Assembly: GCA_013152085.1 (NCBI GenBank) | Contig: JAADHC010000033.1 | Span: forward strand, 9,031 to 73,030 | From: Chlorobiota bacterium | GTDB lineage: Bacteria; Bacteroidota; Bacteroidia; Bacteroidales; VadinHA17 | Length of the DNA: 64,000 nucleotides | Reading direction: 5' to 3' | In this document: in pieces, positions 18,608 to 26,624 of the stretch | Layout: each line of letters starts with the position of its first letter | Position numbering within the stretch: the first letter of the stretch is position 1 | The notes under the pieces: model-generated | Databases searched by the model: none | What the model was told of the DNA's origin: nothing | The model's input: only the letters and a program-made list of their open reading frames with translations | Translations under genes and position numbers: made by a program

Positions 18608-20605
18608 TTAATTTCCGGAGATGCTTATTTTAACAGGTACATCAGGTAGTATAAATTCGATGGATGAGGTGTCTGCCTCTTCAGCACTAAAGCTAACACG
18701 CCGGTTAAATTGTCTGCCTTCCGGACAATCCCGTCCATCCGGCCAATGATTGATAGCAATGGGTTGTGTTTCCCCGAATCCTTTAATCCGGAGTCTCGCA
18801 GGCGATATGCCTGATTTCGTTAAGTAGTTGGCTACAGCATCAGCACGCCGTTCTGACAATCCCTGGTTATAAGCTATGCGGCCAATAGCATCCGTATGTC
18901 CTGTAATGGTTACGACCAAACCGGGTAAAGAATCCATAGCAGTCTTAAGAATCCTGAGCGTTTTGACCGCATCCGGATTTAGTGTAGCCTTATTAAAATC
19001 AAAATAGATCGTCGATATCCGGTATTTTACCTGGATTTTTTCAGGAACTCGGGCGAGTACCGGGCTTACCTCAAGAATATTTACTTGGGTATCAGGTTTC
19101 ACTACAAACGGTTTCGTAAAAGTCTGCAAATAGGGAGAAGAAAGTTCTAACAGATAGCTTCCTTCAGGTAAATGCAGTGCAAAATTCCCGGATAGCGGAA
19201 TTTCTTTAAGTTTTATTATCTGATCCGGATGAGTGGCATCCGTAACTTTGATTACTGCTTTCTCATCCGGTAGTGCCCCTGGTTGTATCTTTATTTTTCC
19301 CGTAACAGCATAAGTATGCGGATGGTTTTCCGAAAAGAATTCAAATGCCGTGATCTCTGCTTTTTTCTTTTCCTGATGGTCAAAAACAGCCATATAACCT
19401 GTAGATGCATCTTCAACCGGAGAAAAATAAAGATCATCATCGGTTGAATTCGGCGGATATCCCATATTTCTTGGATTACCCCATTGGCCTGAAGTGAGGT
19501 CTGAAATAAAAACATCATATCCGCCCATCCCCGGATGACCGTTTGAGCTGAAATAGATTCTTTTCCCATTTCGGGTAAGATACGGGGTGTTCTCGTCGTA
19601 GGGTGTATTGACAGGAGTCCCCAGATTGAGGATGTTTTCCCATGTTCCATCCACTGATTTCCGGGCTTCATAGATATCCAAACCGCCGGTTCCCCCGGGT
19701 CTGTCACTAACAAAAAGTAACAGTTTCTGATCAGCCGAGAGAAATGCGTAGACTTCATTATGGAAACTGTTTATCTTCCTGCTGAACGGTTTTGCAGCCG
19801 ACCAACGGTTCCGGATAAATTTGCTGATGAAAATATCTTCACCATTGTTTCCTGCAGGAGCCGAAAGTAACAATGTTGCCCCATCTGCTGTCAGGGAACT
19901 CACACGGTAATTACCGTTTGATTCCACTTCCATGGTAATGTTTCTGGGACTGGCCCAATGCCCGTTGATATATTCGGTAAAATAAATGGCATGATAATAG
20001 CGTGTATCACTCATAAAAACCATTCTTTTACCATCTGCGGATACGGTTGCATTATAGTTCATATCCGTAACTTTCAAAAATTCGGGTTGTGAAATTTCCG
20101 TATCCCGTGGTTTTGACAACATTTTCTCAGCCGTATCACAACTGGCAATAAACCGGTCAGCCTTATCGGTATCTTCGTGTATCCTGATCAGTAGTCTTTT
20201 GTACTGCAGGTATGCATTCCTGGCCTTCTCCAGTTCGTTGTTGATCTGATATGTCTGACCCAGCAACAACCAGGCTTCAACAGGAGCCTTGGTTTCTTTA
20301 AATGATTGAGGTTTATATTTGGCGGAGACTTTTTCTACGGCTTGTTCAAGCCAGGGAATGGCCTCGGTTTTCAGGCCGGGGATGTGCAGATAGGTTTTGC
20401 CAATACGGTACCTGATATTATTATTTTGGTACCCGTTATGAAAAAGTTTAAGATATAAATCGAGTGCTTTTTCGTAACGTTGGTATGTACTGTTGAAGTC
20501 TGCGTTAAAAAATGTTTTTTCTGCATCAAAAGCTTTCTGCCCTGAAACGAACGTTGTTATCAACGTAAATATTAAACCCGTGAGTAAACGTTTTCCCATG
20601 ACCAT
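18608..20605 (-). CDS. Paralog C: signal peptide + TPR + TolB/PD40-like beta-propeller + beta-sandwich + OmpA/Pal-type peptidoglycan-binding domain
   Basis: 665 aa. The C-terminal OmpA_C block is ITGHTDAIGRIAYNQGLSERRADAVANYL...FNRRVSF. The upstream blocks are shared with the other four paralogs. Confidence 0.85.
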   Translation of the reverse strand: MVMGKRLLTGLIFTLITTFVSGQKAFDAEKTFFNADFNSTYQRYEKALDLYLKLFHNGYQNNNIRYRIGKTYLHIPGLKTEAIPWLEQAVEKVSAKYKPQSFKETKAPVEAWLLLGQTYQINNELEKARNAYLQYKRLLIRIHEDTDKADRFIASCDTAEKMLSKPRDTEISQPEFLKVTDMNYNATVSADGKRMVFMSDTRYYHAIYFTEYINGHWASPRNITMEVESNGNYRVSSLTADGATLLLSAPAGNNGEDIFISKFIRNRWSAAKPFSRKINSFHNEVYAFLSADQKLLLFVSDRPGGTGGLDIYEARKSVDGTWENILNLGTPVNTPYDENTPYLTRNGKRIYFSSNGHPGMGGYDVFISDLTSGQWGNPRNMGYPPNSTDDDLYFSPVEDASTGYMAVFDHQEKKKAEITAFEFFSENHPHTYAVTGKIKIQPGALPDEKAVIKVTDATHPDQIIKLKEIPLSGNFALHLPEGSYLLELSSPYLQTFTKPFVVKPDTQVNILEVSPVLARVPEKIQVKYRISTIYFDFNKATLNPDAVKTLRILKTAMDSLPGLVVTITGHTDAIGRIAYNQGLSERRADAVANYLTKSGISPARLRIKGFGETQPIAINHWPDGRDCPEGRQFNRRVSFSAEEADTSSIEFILPDVPVKISISGN

Positions 20606-20649
20606 CGTCTCAGTTCGAAGGATTAAACGACTGTTTGTTTTGAAAACGG

Positions 20650-22647
20650 TTATTTAATTTTTAATTGGTCCGGGACCTGTATCTGTTCGGGTTTGATATA
20701 ATCACCGGAAGCATTGGTCGCTTTAACACTGACCCTGCGATTATAGGTTCTTCCTTCAGGGCAATCTTTTCCATCAGGCCAGTTATTAATAGCAACAAAA
20801 TCTTTTTCACCCACACCCGTAACTTTTACCCGTGAAGCATCTATCCCTGCATTAAGCAATGCTTTCCGGACCTCCCGGGCACGCCGCAGAGCAAGGCGCT
20901 TGTTGTAGGCTGTACTTCCTTTGGCATCCGTGTATCCTAATAGTTCAATAGAAAGATCAGGATGCTCATTCATAATTCTTACAAGCTCTTTAACTTTCGG
21001 ATGTTCTGCCTTACGAATCAATGATTTATCAAAATCAAAGAATATGGTTGGTAACCAAACAGTTTGAACAACTGGTTTTTCAGGTAAAAGTGTGGCGTTT
21101 GTCTCCAGTGATCCTAATGAATAGTCTTGAGGTATGGTAATCGTCTGGACAGCAGGGGTGTAATGATCGCCGGTAACACGAATATCAAAAGGTCCTGTTT
21201 TCCGGATGGTAAGTTGATATGTCCCATTATCAGGTTGGACGGAAGCTGAAGATATCTCTGTTCCGTTATTCTTATCAATAACGGATACCTTTATGGTTCC
21301 GGAATAGCCTGAGGGCAAATCCTTTAATGTAATTTTTCCGCTAATTATTACAGGCCTGGGATTTTTATCTGAATAGACCTCAAGTTTGTATATATCTTTA
21401 TCCCCCAGACCCAGATCCGGGTCATACATAGCGTAATACCCGAATTCTCCGTTTTTTACCGGTACATAACCCAGATCATCATCTGTGGTATTAATCGGGT
21501 ATCCCATATTTACAGGTTTAGACCAGGTCCCGTTGTCCTGAAGTGTAGAATAGAAAATATCGAACCCCCCCATATTATTAAATCCCTGCGAACTGAAAAA
21601 GAGTGTTTTCCCATCCGCACATAGAAAAGGTGTCTCTTCATTAAATGAAGAATTAATTACAGGACCAAGATTTACCGCAGGGCCCCATTCTTTCGTATTC
21701 TCATCCCATTGTGAAGTGAAAATGTCCAGCCCTCCCAGACTTTCATTCCTGTTACTCGTAAAATAGAGGGTCTTTCCATCGGGAGAAAAAGATGCGCTGG
21801 ACTCCCAGAATTTTGTATTGATATTTTTACCCAGCTTCACGGCTATGGTCCATGCATTTTTTTTATAGTAACTAACCCATATATCACTATTAAATTTATC
21901 ATTGCGTGACATGAGTAATGTTTTTCCGTCAGGAGACAGGGCTGTCGGGTACAGGTCTCCGTCCGATTGTACCTGTGGTGTAATGTTAACGGGTCGTCCC
22001 CAGCTATTGGGACCCTTTTTTACAAAAAACAGGGCATCATAAAACTTCAGGCTGGTAACGTATACCATGACGCTTTCATCTGCCGATACTACCGGATCAA
22101 AATCAGCACCTGTAGTATTGATCAAATTACCGGCATCGGTTGCCCGGTAATAAACAGGATGCTTTATAAGTTCGGGGGCGTTTTTCACATCAGTGATCTG
22201 TTGAGATACAAATTTGCGGTTAACCGAGTCAACAGGATCCAACAGATTTAAGTATTTTTCGTAATTTTCTTTTGCTTTATTAAAATTATATTGTAAATGA
22301 TAAGCATTGCCCAGAAAGAAATAAGTATCATAAGGCGCCTTACGCTCTTTCAGACTTCCTTCCTTGTAATTTCCGGTAATATCACCTGTTGCTTTTTCGA
22401 GATAAGGGATGGCTTTGGCTTTTTGGCCGGGGATATTTAAATAACAAATACCGATCCTGTAATTGATATTTGCATTGTCAGGATCAACTTTATAGACCTT
22501 CTGATAGCCGGACAGGGCATCTTGATAGGCCTGATATGCCAGAAAATACTCTCCGTCCTGAAAAGCGGCTTTAATCTCTTTTGTGTATTGTGAAAAGCCG
22601 GGTAAGAAAAAGAATAACAAAGTGGCGATAGATAAAATGCTCTTCAT
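20650..22647 (-). CDS. Paralog B: signal peptide + TPR + TolB/PD40-like beta-propeller + beta-sandwich + OmpA/Pal-type peptidoglycan-binding domain
   Basis: C-terminal OmpA_C block LLGYTDAKGSTAYNKRLALRRAREVRKAL...YNRRVSV. I prefer the start at 22647 (MKSILSIATLLFFFLPGFSQ is a good signal peptide). The ORF-track start at 22707 would bury that signal peptide and would contain the promoter-like box at 22674-22681. Confidence 0.85.
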   Translation of the reverse strand: MKSILSIATLLFFFLPGFSQYTKEIKAAFQDGEYFLAYQAYQDALSGYQKVYKVDPDNANINYRIGICYLNIPGQKAKAIPYLEKATGDITGNYKEGSLKERKAPYDTYFFLGNAYHLQYNFNKAKENYEKYLNLLDPVDSVNRKFVSQQITDVKNAPELIKHPVYYRATDAGNLINTTGADFDPVVSADESVMVYVTSLKFYDALFFVKKGPNSWGRPVNITPQVQSDGDLYPTALSPDGKTLLMSRNDKFNSDIWVSYYKKNAWTIAVKLGKNINTKFWESSASFSPDGKTLYFTSNRNESLGGLDIFTSQWDENTKEWGPAVNLGPVINSSFNEETPFLCADGKTLFFSSQGFNNMGGFDIFYSTLQDNGTWSKPVNMGYPINTTDDDLGYVPVKNGEFGYYAMYDPDLGLGDKDIYKLEVYSDKNPRPVIISGKITLKDLPSGYSGTIKVSVIDKNNGTEISSASVQPDNGTYQLTIRKTGPFDIRVTGDHYTPAVQTITIPQDYSLGSLETNATLLPEKPVVQTVWLPTIFFDFDKSLIRKAEHPKVKELVRIMNEHPDLSIELLGYTDAKGSTAYNKRLALRRAREVRKALLNAGIDASRVKVTGVGEKDFVAINNWPDGKDCPEGRTYNRRVSVKATNASGDYIKPEQIQVPDQLKIK

Positions 22648-22673
22648 GGGGCAAAGCTTTTGAAGGATTTTAA

Positions 22674-22681
22674 CAAATTTA
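22674..22681 (-). promoter_or_regulatory. Bacteroidetes-type -7 promoter box candidate (TAAATTTG on minus strand) upstream of paralog B
   Basis: The plus strand reads caaattta, which is TAAATTTG on the minus strand. It lies 26 nt upstream of the ATG at 22647, in the 132-nt gap after paralog A. Confidence 0.3.
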
Positions 22682-22779
22682 GCAATAAATCTGTAAATTG
22701 ATAACATTCACTTAAAAATCTTTTATTCCCAGACAGTGTGATATAAGGATTTATAGAGGAAATGAGAAGCTTAAAACGA

Positions 22780-25665
22780 CTATTCCTTTTGCCGTTTTTT
22801 CTTTCGGCGGACGATAACAACCCAGACAATCATTCCGGCAATAATAATTGGTATGATCCAGAAGATGGTATTTCTCCCAGGTCTGGATATTATTTTGTTT
22901 TTGGATATGAGTTTACGCACTTGTTCTTCATTAATATCAGACGAAAGAATGATCCGCATCATGGCTTTTAAGATATCCTGATTATCCAGTTGTCCGGTTT
23001 TTACCAGAACCATGAGATAATCCATTAAATCCTGGATGCTGCGAATCTTTTGCTTCTTGATATCCAGATTGTCGAGAATGGAAAGCAAAGGATCGGAAGC
23101 TTTGTCTTTTAGCTTTTTAAGAAAATCCTTCAGATCCGGGTTCCCGTTTGTTGAGATCTGAGCAAAAAGGTAAATAAGATCTTTCGGTGTGTAACCCAGT
23201 ACGGAAGATTTATCAAGGAGATAATCGCTGAGTTCCCAGGCAGAATAAATTTCATTCTGTTCGGGTGAAATATTTTCAATAGCTGTTTTGATCTGACCCT
23301 CAGAGAATTTTGAGAGATGTTTGTAAATCTTTGGCAGGTTGGGATCTTCCTCAGTAGCCATTTTTACAACAACATCCTTCACACTCGAGCTATCGATAAT
23401 CCCTGAATCGGCTGCCTGTTCCAGATAACTAAAAAGGCGTTCCGGTGTATGTATATTTTCTTTTTCAAGGTCAATGTTCTTAAGAAGTAATTGCAGATTC
23501 CCTGTTGCCCTATCTACCAACGTGCTATATATGTCCTCAACTTCACCGGCTTTACGCGTTGCAGAAACGACCAACAACTGGTCTACGTCATCGGGTGTGT
23601 AATCAGAAACCTCGGCTTTCCTTTTCAGAAAATTAATTACCGCATATTGATCGGTAAGATTCATCTCTACCGGATCTATTTTCTCTATTTCTTTATATAA
23701 ATCCCCTGATGAGTAATGTTTCAGTATATCCAGGAAATCCTGTAACTTCTGCAGCTGTGCAGGTGTCATAACGGGTTTTCTCAATTCGTGCTCTTTAACT
23801 TCCGCTATGGGTACAGGGGGTGGGGGAGCAGTAACATTCAGATAAAGATCTTTGGTAGTCAGATTCCCGAATTTATCCTGAAGGGTTAGTAATACCTTAC
23901 TGGCTCCGGTAGGTGGTAAAATCGGGAACATCAATGAGTCATCAGTGACAAAATACCGGATAGAATCAAGTAAAACGGAATCCTGATAGATCCTTATGGT
24001 CAGCCATGATCCCTTTTCGGTATTCAGCAGGAGATTTACAGTGTCACCGGCAATTGTATTATAAACAGTATCCGGAACTTCCAGTTCAGCTGTGAGATCA
24101 GAAAGTGAGAGTGTGGTGGGAGGAATATCTATCTCTTCCTTGTTCAGGCTGTTGGGTAGTGATAAAGGCTTAGTATAGGACACGAACCCCTCACCCGTAA
24201 CGGTCAGATTATAATCTCCGGCAAAAGTTTCAAACTGGTATTTTCCCGCAGTATCCGGATTTACACTTTTGATGGTGTCTTCAAAGTTTTTGCTCAGAAG
24301 ATTGATAAAAATGTCTTCATTTATTTTGATAGGTACATTATTTACGGAAACCATGCCTTTGATGAGAAATTTTCTGGGATGTTCTGCCGAAAAAATTTCC
24401 AATCTGAAAATATCCATGTCACCAAAACCCTCCTTGGAGAACATAGAGTAAAGTGCATAATATCCTTCACCGATAGGTTGGTAGAAAATATCATCATCGG
24501 TCGTGTTGATCGGATAACCCATATTTACAGGAACTGACCATTCCCCGTTACTTAGCAGGTTGGAATAGAAGATATCATATCCCCCCATATTAAAATGTCC
24601 GTACGAGCTGAAAAACAAGGTGGTTCCGTCAACCGTAATAAATGGAGTCTCTTCATTATATTCCGTATTGATAATCGGCCCGAGATTTTCAGCTGGTCCC
24701 CAGTTTCCGGTGGAATCAAGTACAGACTGGTAAATATCCAATCCTCCATACCCACCCTTGCGATTACTGGTGAAATAAAGTTTCTGCCCGTCTTTGGTTA
24801 CCGATGCATGCGATTCCCAGTATTTTGTGTTGATATTGTCATTCAGACGGATCACACGGGTCCACTGTCCGTCAACAAACCGGCTGATGTATATATTCCC
24901 GTCATACTCGTCATTTTTATACAGGTACATGATCTTTCCGTCGTATGAAAAGGAAGAAGTATAAAAATCCTGGTCAACACCCAACTGGGGCGTGAGGTTT
25001 ATAGGCGGTGTCCACTGCCCGTTGATATTTTGTGAAAAGAATACAGCATCGTAAAACGCAAGTTTGCGCATGAAAGCAAGACTCTTTTCATCTCCGGATA
25101 TAATAGGGCCATAATCTGATCGTCGTGAATTTATGATATTGCCCATGTTCTTTCTCGAAAGATATAACGGATGTTCCTGTAATTTTTTGGCATTCAGACA
25201 CGCCTGAATTTGCATATCAATAACTTTCTCCTTATAAACTTTGGTGTTCATATGATCTATGAAATACCGGTACATTTCAAGGGCTTTGTCCAGCTGGTTA
25301 TTGACGCGATAAGCATTTCCCAGGTAAAAAAACACATCCATCGGGGCGCCTTTTTCCCTGATCGAGTTCTCGCGGTATTTGGGATTGATATTTTTTGATG
25401 CTTTTTCAAGGTAGGATATTGCCTTATCTTTTTCACCCGGAATATTCAGGTAACATATACCGATTCTGTAATTTAGATTATCGTTGTCCGGATAGATTTT
25501 AATCAGATCCAAATAATAAGGAAGTGCGTCGAGATATTCCTCAAATAAAAAGAAAGAATTTCCTTCCACAAATTTTTGCTTGATATCAACTTTCGTATAG
25601 GTTTGTGCCCAACCAGCTTGTATCATACAAAATATGAAAATAAATGAAAGGGTTCTTTTTAGCAT
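22780..25665 (-). CDS. Paralog A: signal peptide + TPR + TolB/PD40-like beta-propeller + two beta-sandwich domains + 4 x 68-aa helical repeats + C-terminal TM anchor
   Basis: 961 aa. The N-terminal 430 aa or so are clearly paralogous to B-E (NLNYRIGICYLNIPGEKDKAISYLEKA; LYFTSNRKGGYGGLDIYQS; GHFNMGGYDIFYS; GYPINTTDDDIFYQP). After a PPPPVP linker come four ungapped 68-aa repeats. The protein ends IFWIIPIIIAGMIVWVVIV-RRKKKRQKE. Confidence 0.85.
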   Translation of the reverse strand: MLKRTLSFIFIFCMIQAGWAQTYTKVDIKQKFVEGNSFFLFEEYLDALPYYLDLIKIYPDNDNLNYRIGICYLNIPGEKDKAISYLEKASKNINPKYRENSIREKGAPMDVFFYLGNAYRVNNQLDKALEMYRYFIDHMNTKVYKEKVIDMQIQACLNAKKLQEHPLYLSRKNMGNIINSRRSDYGPIISGDEKSLAFMRKLAFYDAVFFSQNINGQWTPPINLTPQLGVDQDFYTSSFSYDGKIMYLYKNDEYDGNIYISRFVDGQWTRVIRLNDNINTKYWESHASVTKDGQKLYFTSNRKGGYGGLDIYQSVLDSTGNWGPAENLGPIINTEYNEETPFITVDGTTLFFSSYGHFNMGGYDIFYSNLLSNGEWSVPVNMGYPINTTDDDIFYQPIGEGYYALYSMFSKEGFGDMDIFRLEIFSAEHPRKFLIKGMVSVNNVPIKINEDIFINLLSKNFEDTIKSVNPDTAGKYQFETFAGDYNLTVTGEGFVSYTKPLSLPNSLNKEEIDIPPTTLSLSDLTAELEVPDTVYNTIAGDTVNLLLNTEKGSWLTIRIYQDSVLLDSIRYFVTDDSLMFPILPPTGASKVLLTLQDKFGNLTTKDLYLNVTAPPPPVPIAEVKEHELRKPVMTPAQLQKLQDFLDILKHYSSGDLYKEIEKIDPVEMNLTDQYAVINFLKRKAEVSDYTPDDVDQLLVVSATRKAGEVEDIYSTLVDRATGNLQLLLKNIDLEKENIHTPERLFSYLEQAADSGIIDSSSVKDVVVKMATEEDPNLPKIYKHLSKFSEGQIKTAIENISPEQNEIYSAWELSDYLLDKSSVLGYTPKDLIYLFAQISTNGNPDLKDFLKKLKDKASDPLLSILDNLDIKKQKIRSIQDLMDYLMVLVKTGQLDNQDILKAMMRIILSSDINEEQVRKLISKNKIISRPGRNTIFWIIPIIIAGMIVWVVIVRRKKKRQKE

Positions 25666-25800
25666 TATTATTAATAATTGAATAATACGAAAGTAATAAT
25701 TTCTTCGAAAAATAGAAATTTTGTAGTAAATATAGTCGTCATTTGCTAATTATGTATAAAACAATGCCAATGGTTGCGAAGAAAGTTGCAGGCAGGGATA

Positions 25801-25831
25801 AAAAAAAACCCGCATCTTGCGGGCTTTTTAA
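25801..25831 (-). terminator. Rho-independent terminator downstream of the Zn-ribbon/Nif3 operon
   Basis: The minus strand reads gcccgca-aga-tgcgggc followed by TTTTTTTT (plus strand: aaaaaaaacccgcatcttgcgggcttttta). It has a GC-rich stem of 6-7 bp, a 3-nt loop and a T8 tract, about 20 nt after the stop at 25843. Confidence 0.75.
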
Positions 25832-25842
25832 TAACTTCTAAA

Positions 25843-26622
25843 TTAATTATCGCTTATGTCTTTTAAGATTTCATCATCTACCAGGATACGCCCACAGTAT
25901 TCACAGACGATGATTTTCTTATGTGTTTTAATATCAAGTTGCCTTTGCGGGGGAATTTTGTTAAAACATCCGCCACAAGCTCCTCGCTGTACCGTAACCA
26001 CAGCAAGGCCGTTTCTTGCATTTGCTCTGATTCGCTTATATGCGGTAAGAAGTCTGGGTTCGATCTGTAACTCAATCTCTTTTGAATGGTCATTGAGTTT
26101 TTCTTCTTCTTTTTGGGTTTCGCCAATGATAGAATCAAGCTCTTCTTTTTTATTCTTCAGATCAGAAGCCCTTTCCTCAAGAAGTTGTCGGGATTTTGCA
26201 ACGGTTTCATTTTTTTCTTCAATAGAAATCGCAAGTTCCTTAATCTTTTTATTACATAACTCAATCTCCAGGTTCTGATATTCAATTTCTTTGGACAAAG
26301 AATCAAATTCCCTGTTATTACGGACATTCATTTGCTGGGCTTCATACTTCTTAATCAGTCCTTCAGCTTCTTTAATTTCGTTTTTCTTTGCCGTAATGTC
26401 ATTTTCAAGGTTTTTGACTTCATCTTCGGCCTTACTGATTCTTGTTTCCAGACCGGCAACTTCATCTTCAAGATCCTGTACTTCCAGCGGTAATTCTCCC
26501 CGAAGAATTTTAATGTTATCAATCTCGGAATCTACCTGTTGGAGTTTATATAAAAGCTTAAGGCGTTCTTCGATAGTCAGCTCTTTTTTATTTTCTTTGG
26601 CTTTGGCAGTCTTCGTCGTCAT
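25843..26622 (-). CDS. Coiled-coil zinc-ribbon protein (COG1579 / DUF164-type, usual Nif3 partner)
   Basis: 259 aa with a long Glu/Lys-rich coiled coil. The C-terminus has a CxxC...CxxC pattern (ACGGCFNKIPP...IIVCEYCGRIL). It sits directly downstream of the Nif3-like gene. Confidence 0.8.
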   Translation of the reverse strand: MTTKTAKAKENKKELTIEERLKLLYKLQQVDSEIDNIKILRGELPLEVQDLEDEVAGLETRISKAEDEVKNLENDITAKKNEIKEAEGLIKKYEAQQMNVRNNREFDSLSKEIEYQNLEIELCNKKIKELAISIEEKNETVAKSRQLLEERASDLKNKKEELDSIIGETQKEEEKLNDHSKEIELQIEPRLLTAYKRIRANARNGLAVVTVQRGACGGCFNKIPPQRQLDIKTHKKIIVCEYCGRILVDDEILKDISDN

Positions 26623-26624
26623 TG

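Noticed and set aside
20575-20606. When hand-translating the 5' end of paralog C, I obtained an apparent 1-nt offset relative to the ORF-track coordinates, which would imply a frameshift.
   Set aside because: The ORF track was computed from the sequence and gives an intact 665-aa protein with a normal signal peptide. I attribute the offset to my own reading error. Nucleotide coordinates I give for short motifs may be off by 1.
15054-25665. Possibility that the five paralogs are T9SS cargo or SusD/TonB-type nutrient-uptake proteins.
   Set aside because: No CTD-like C-terminal beta-sandwich signature is present. There is no TonB box or beta-barrel, and no SusC/SusD neighbours. The C-termini are OmpA, SPOR or TM modules instead.
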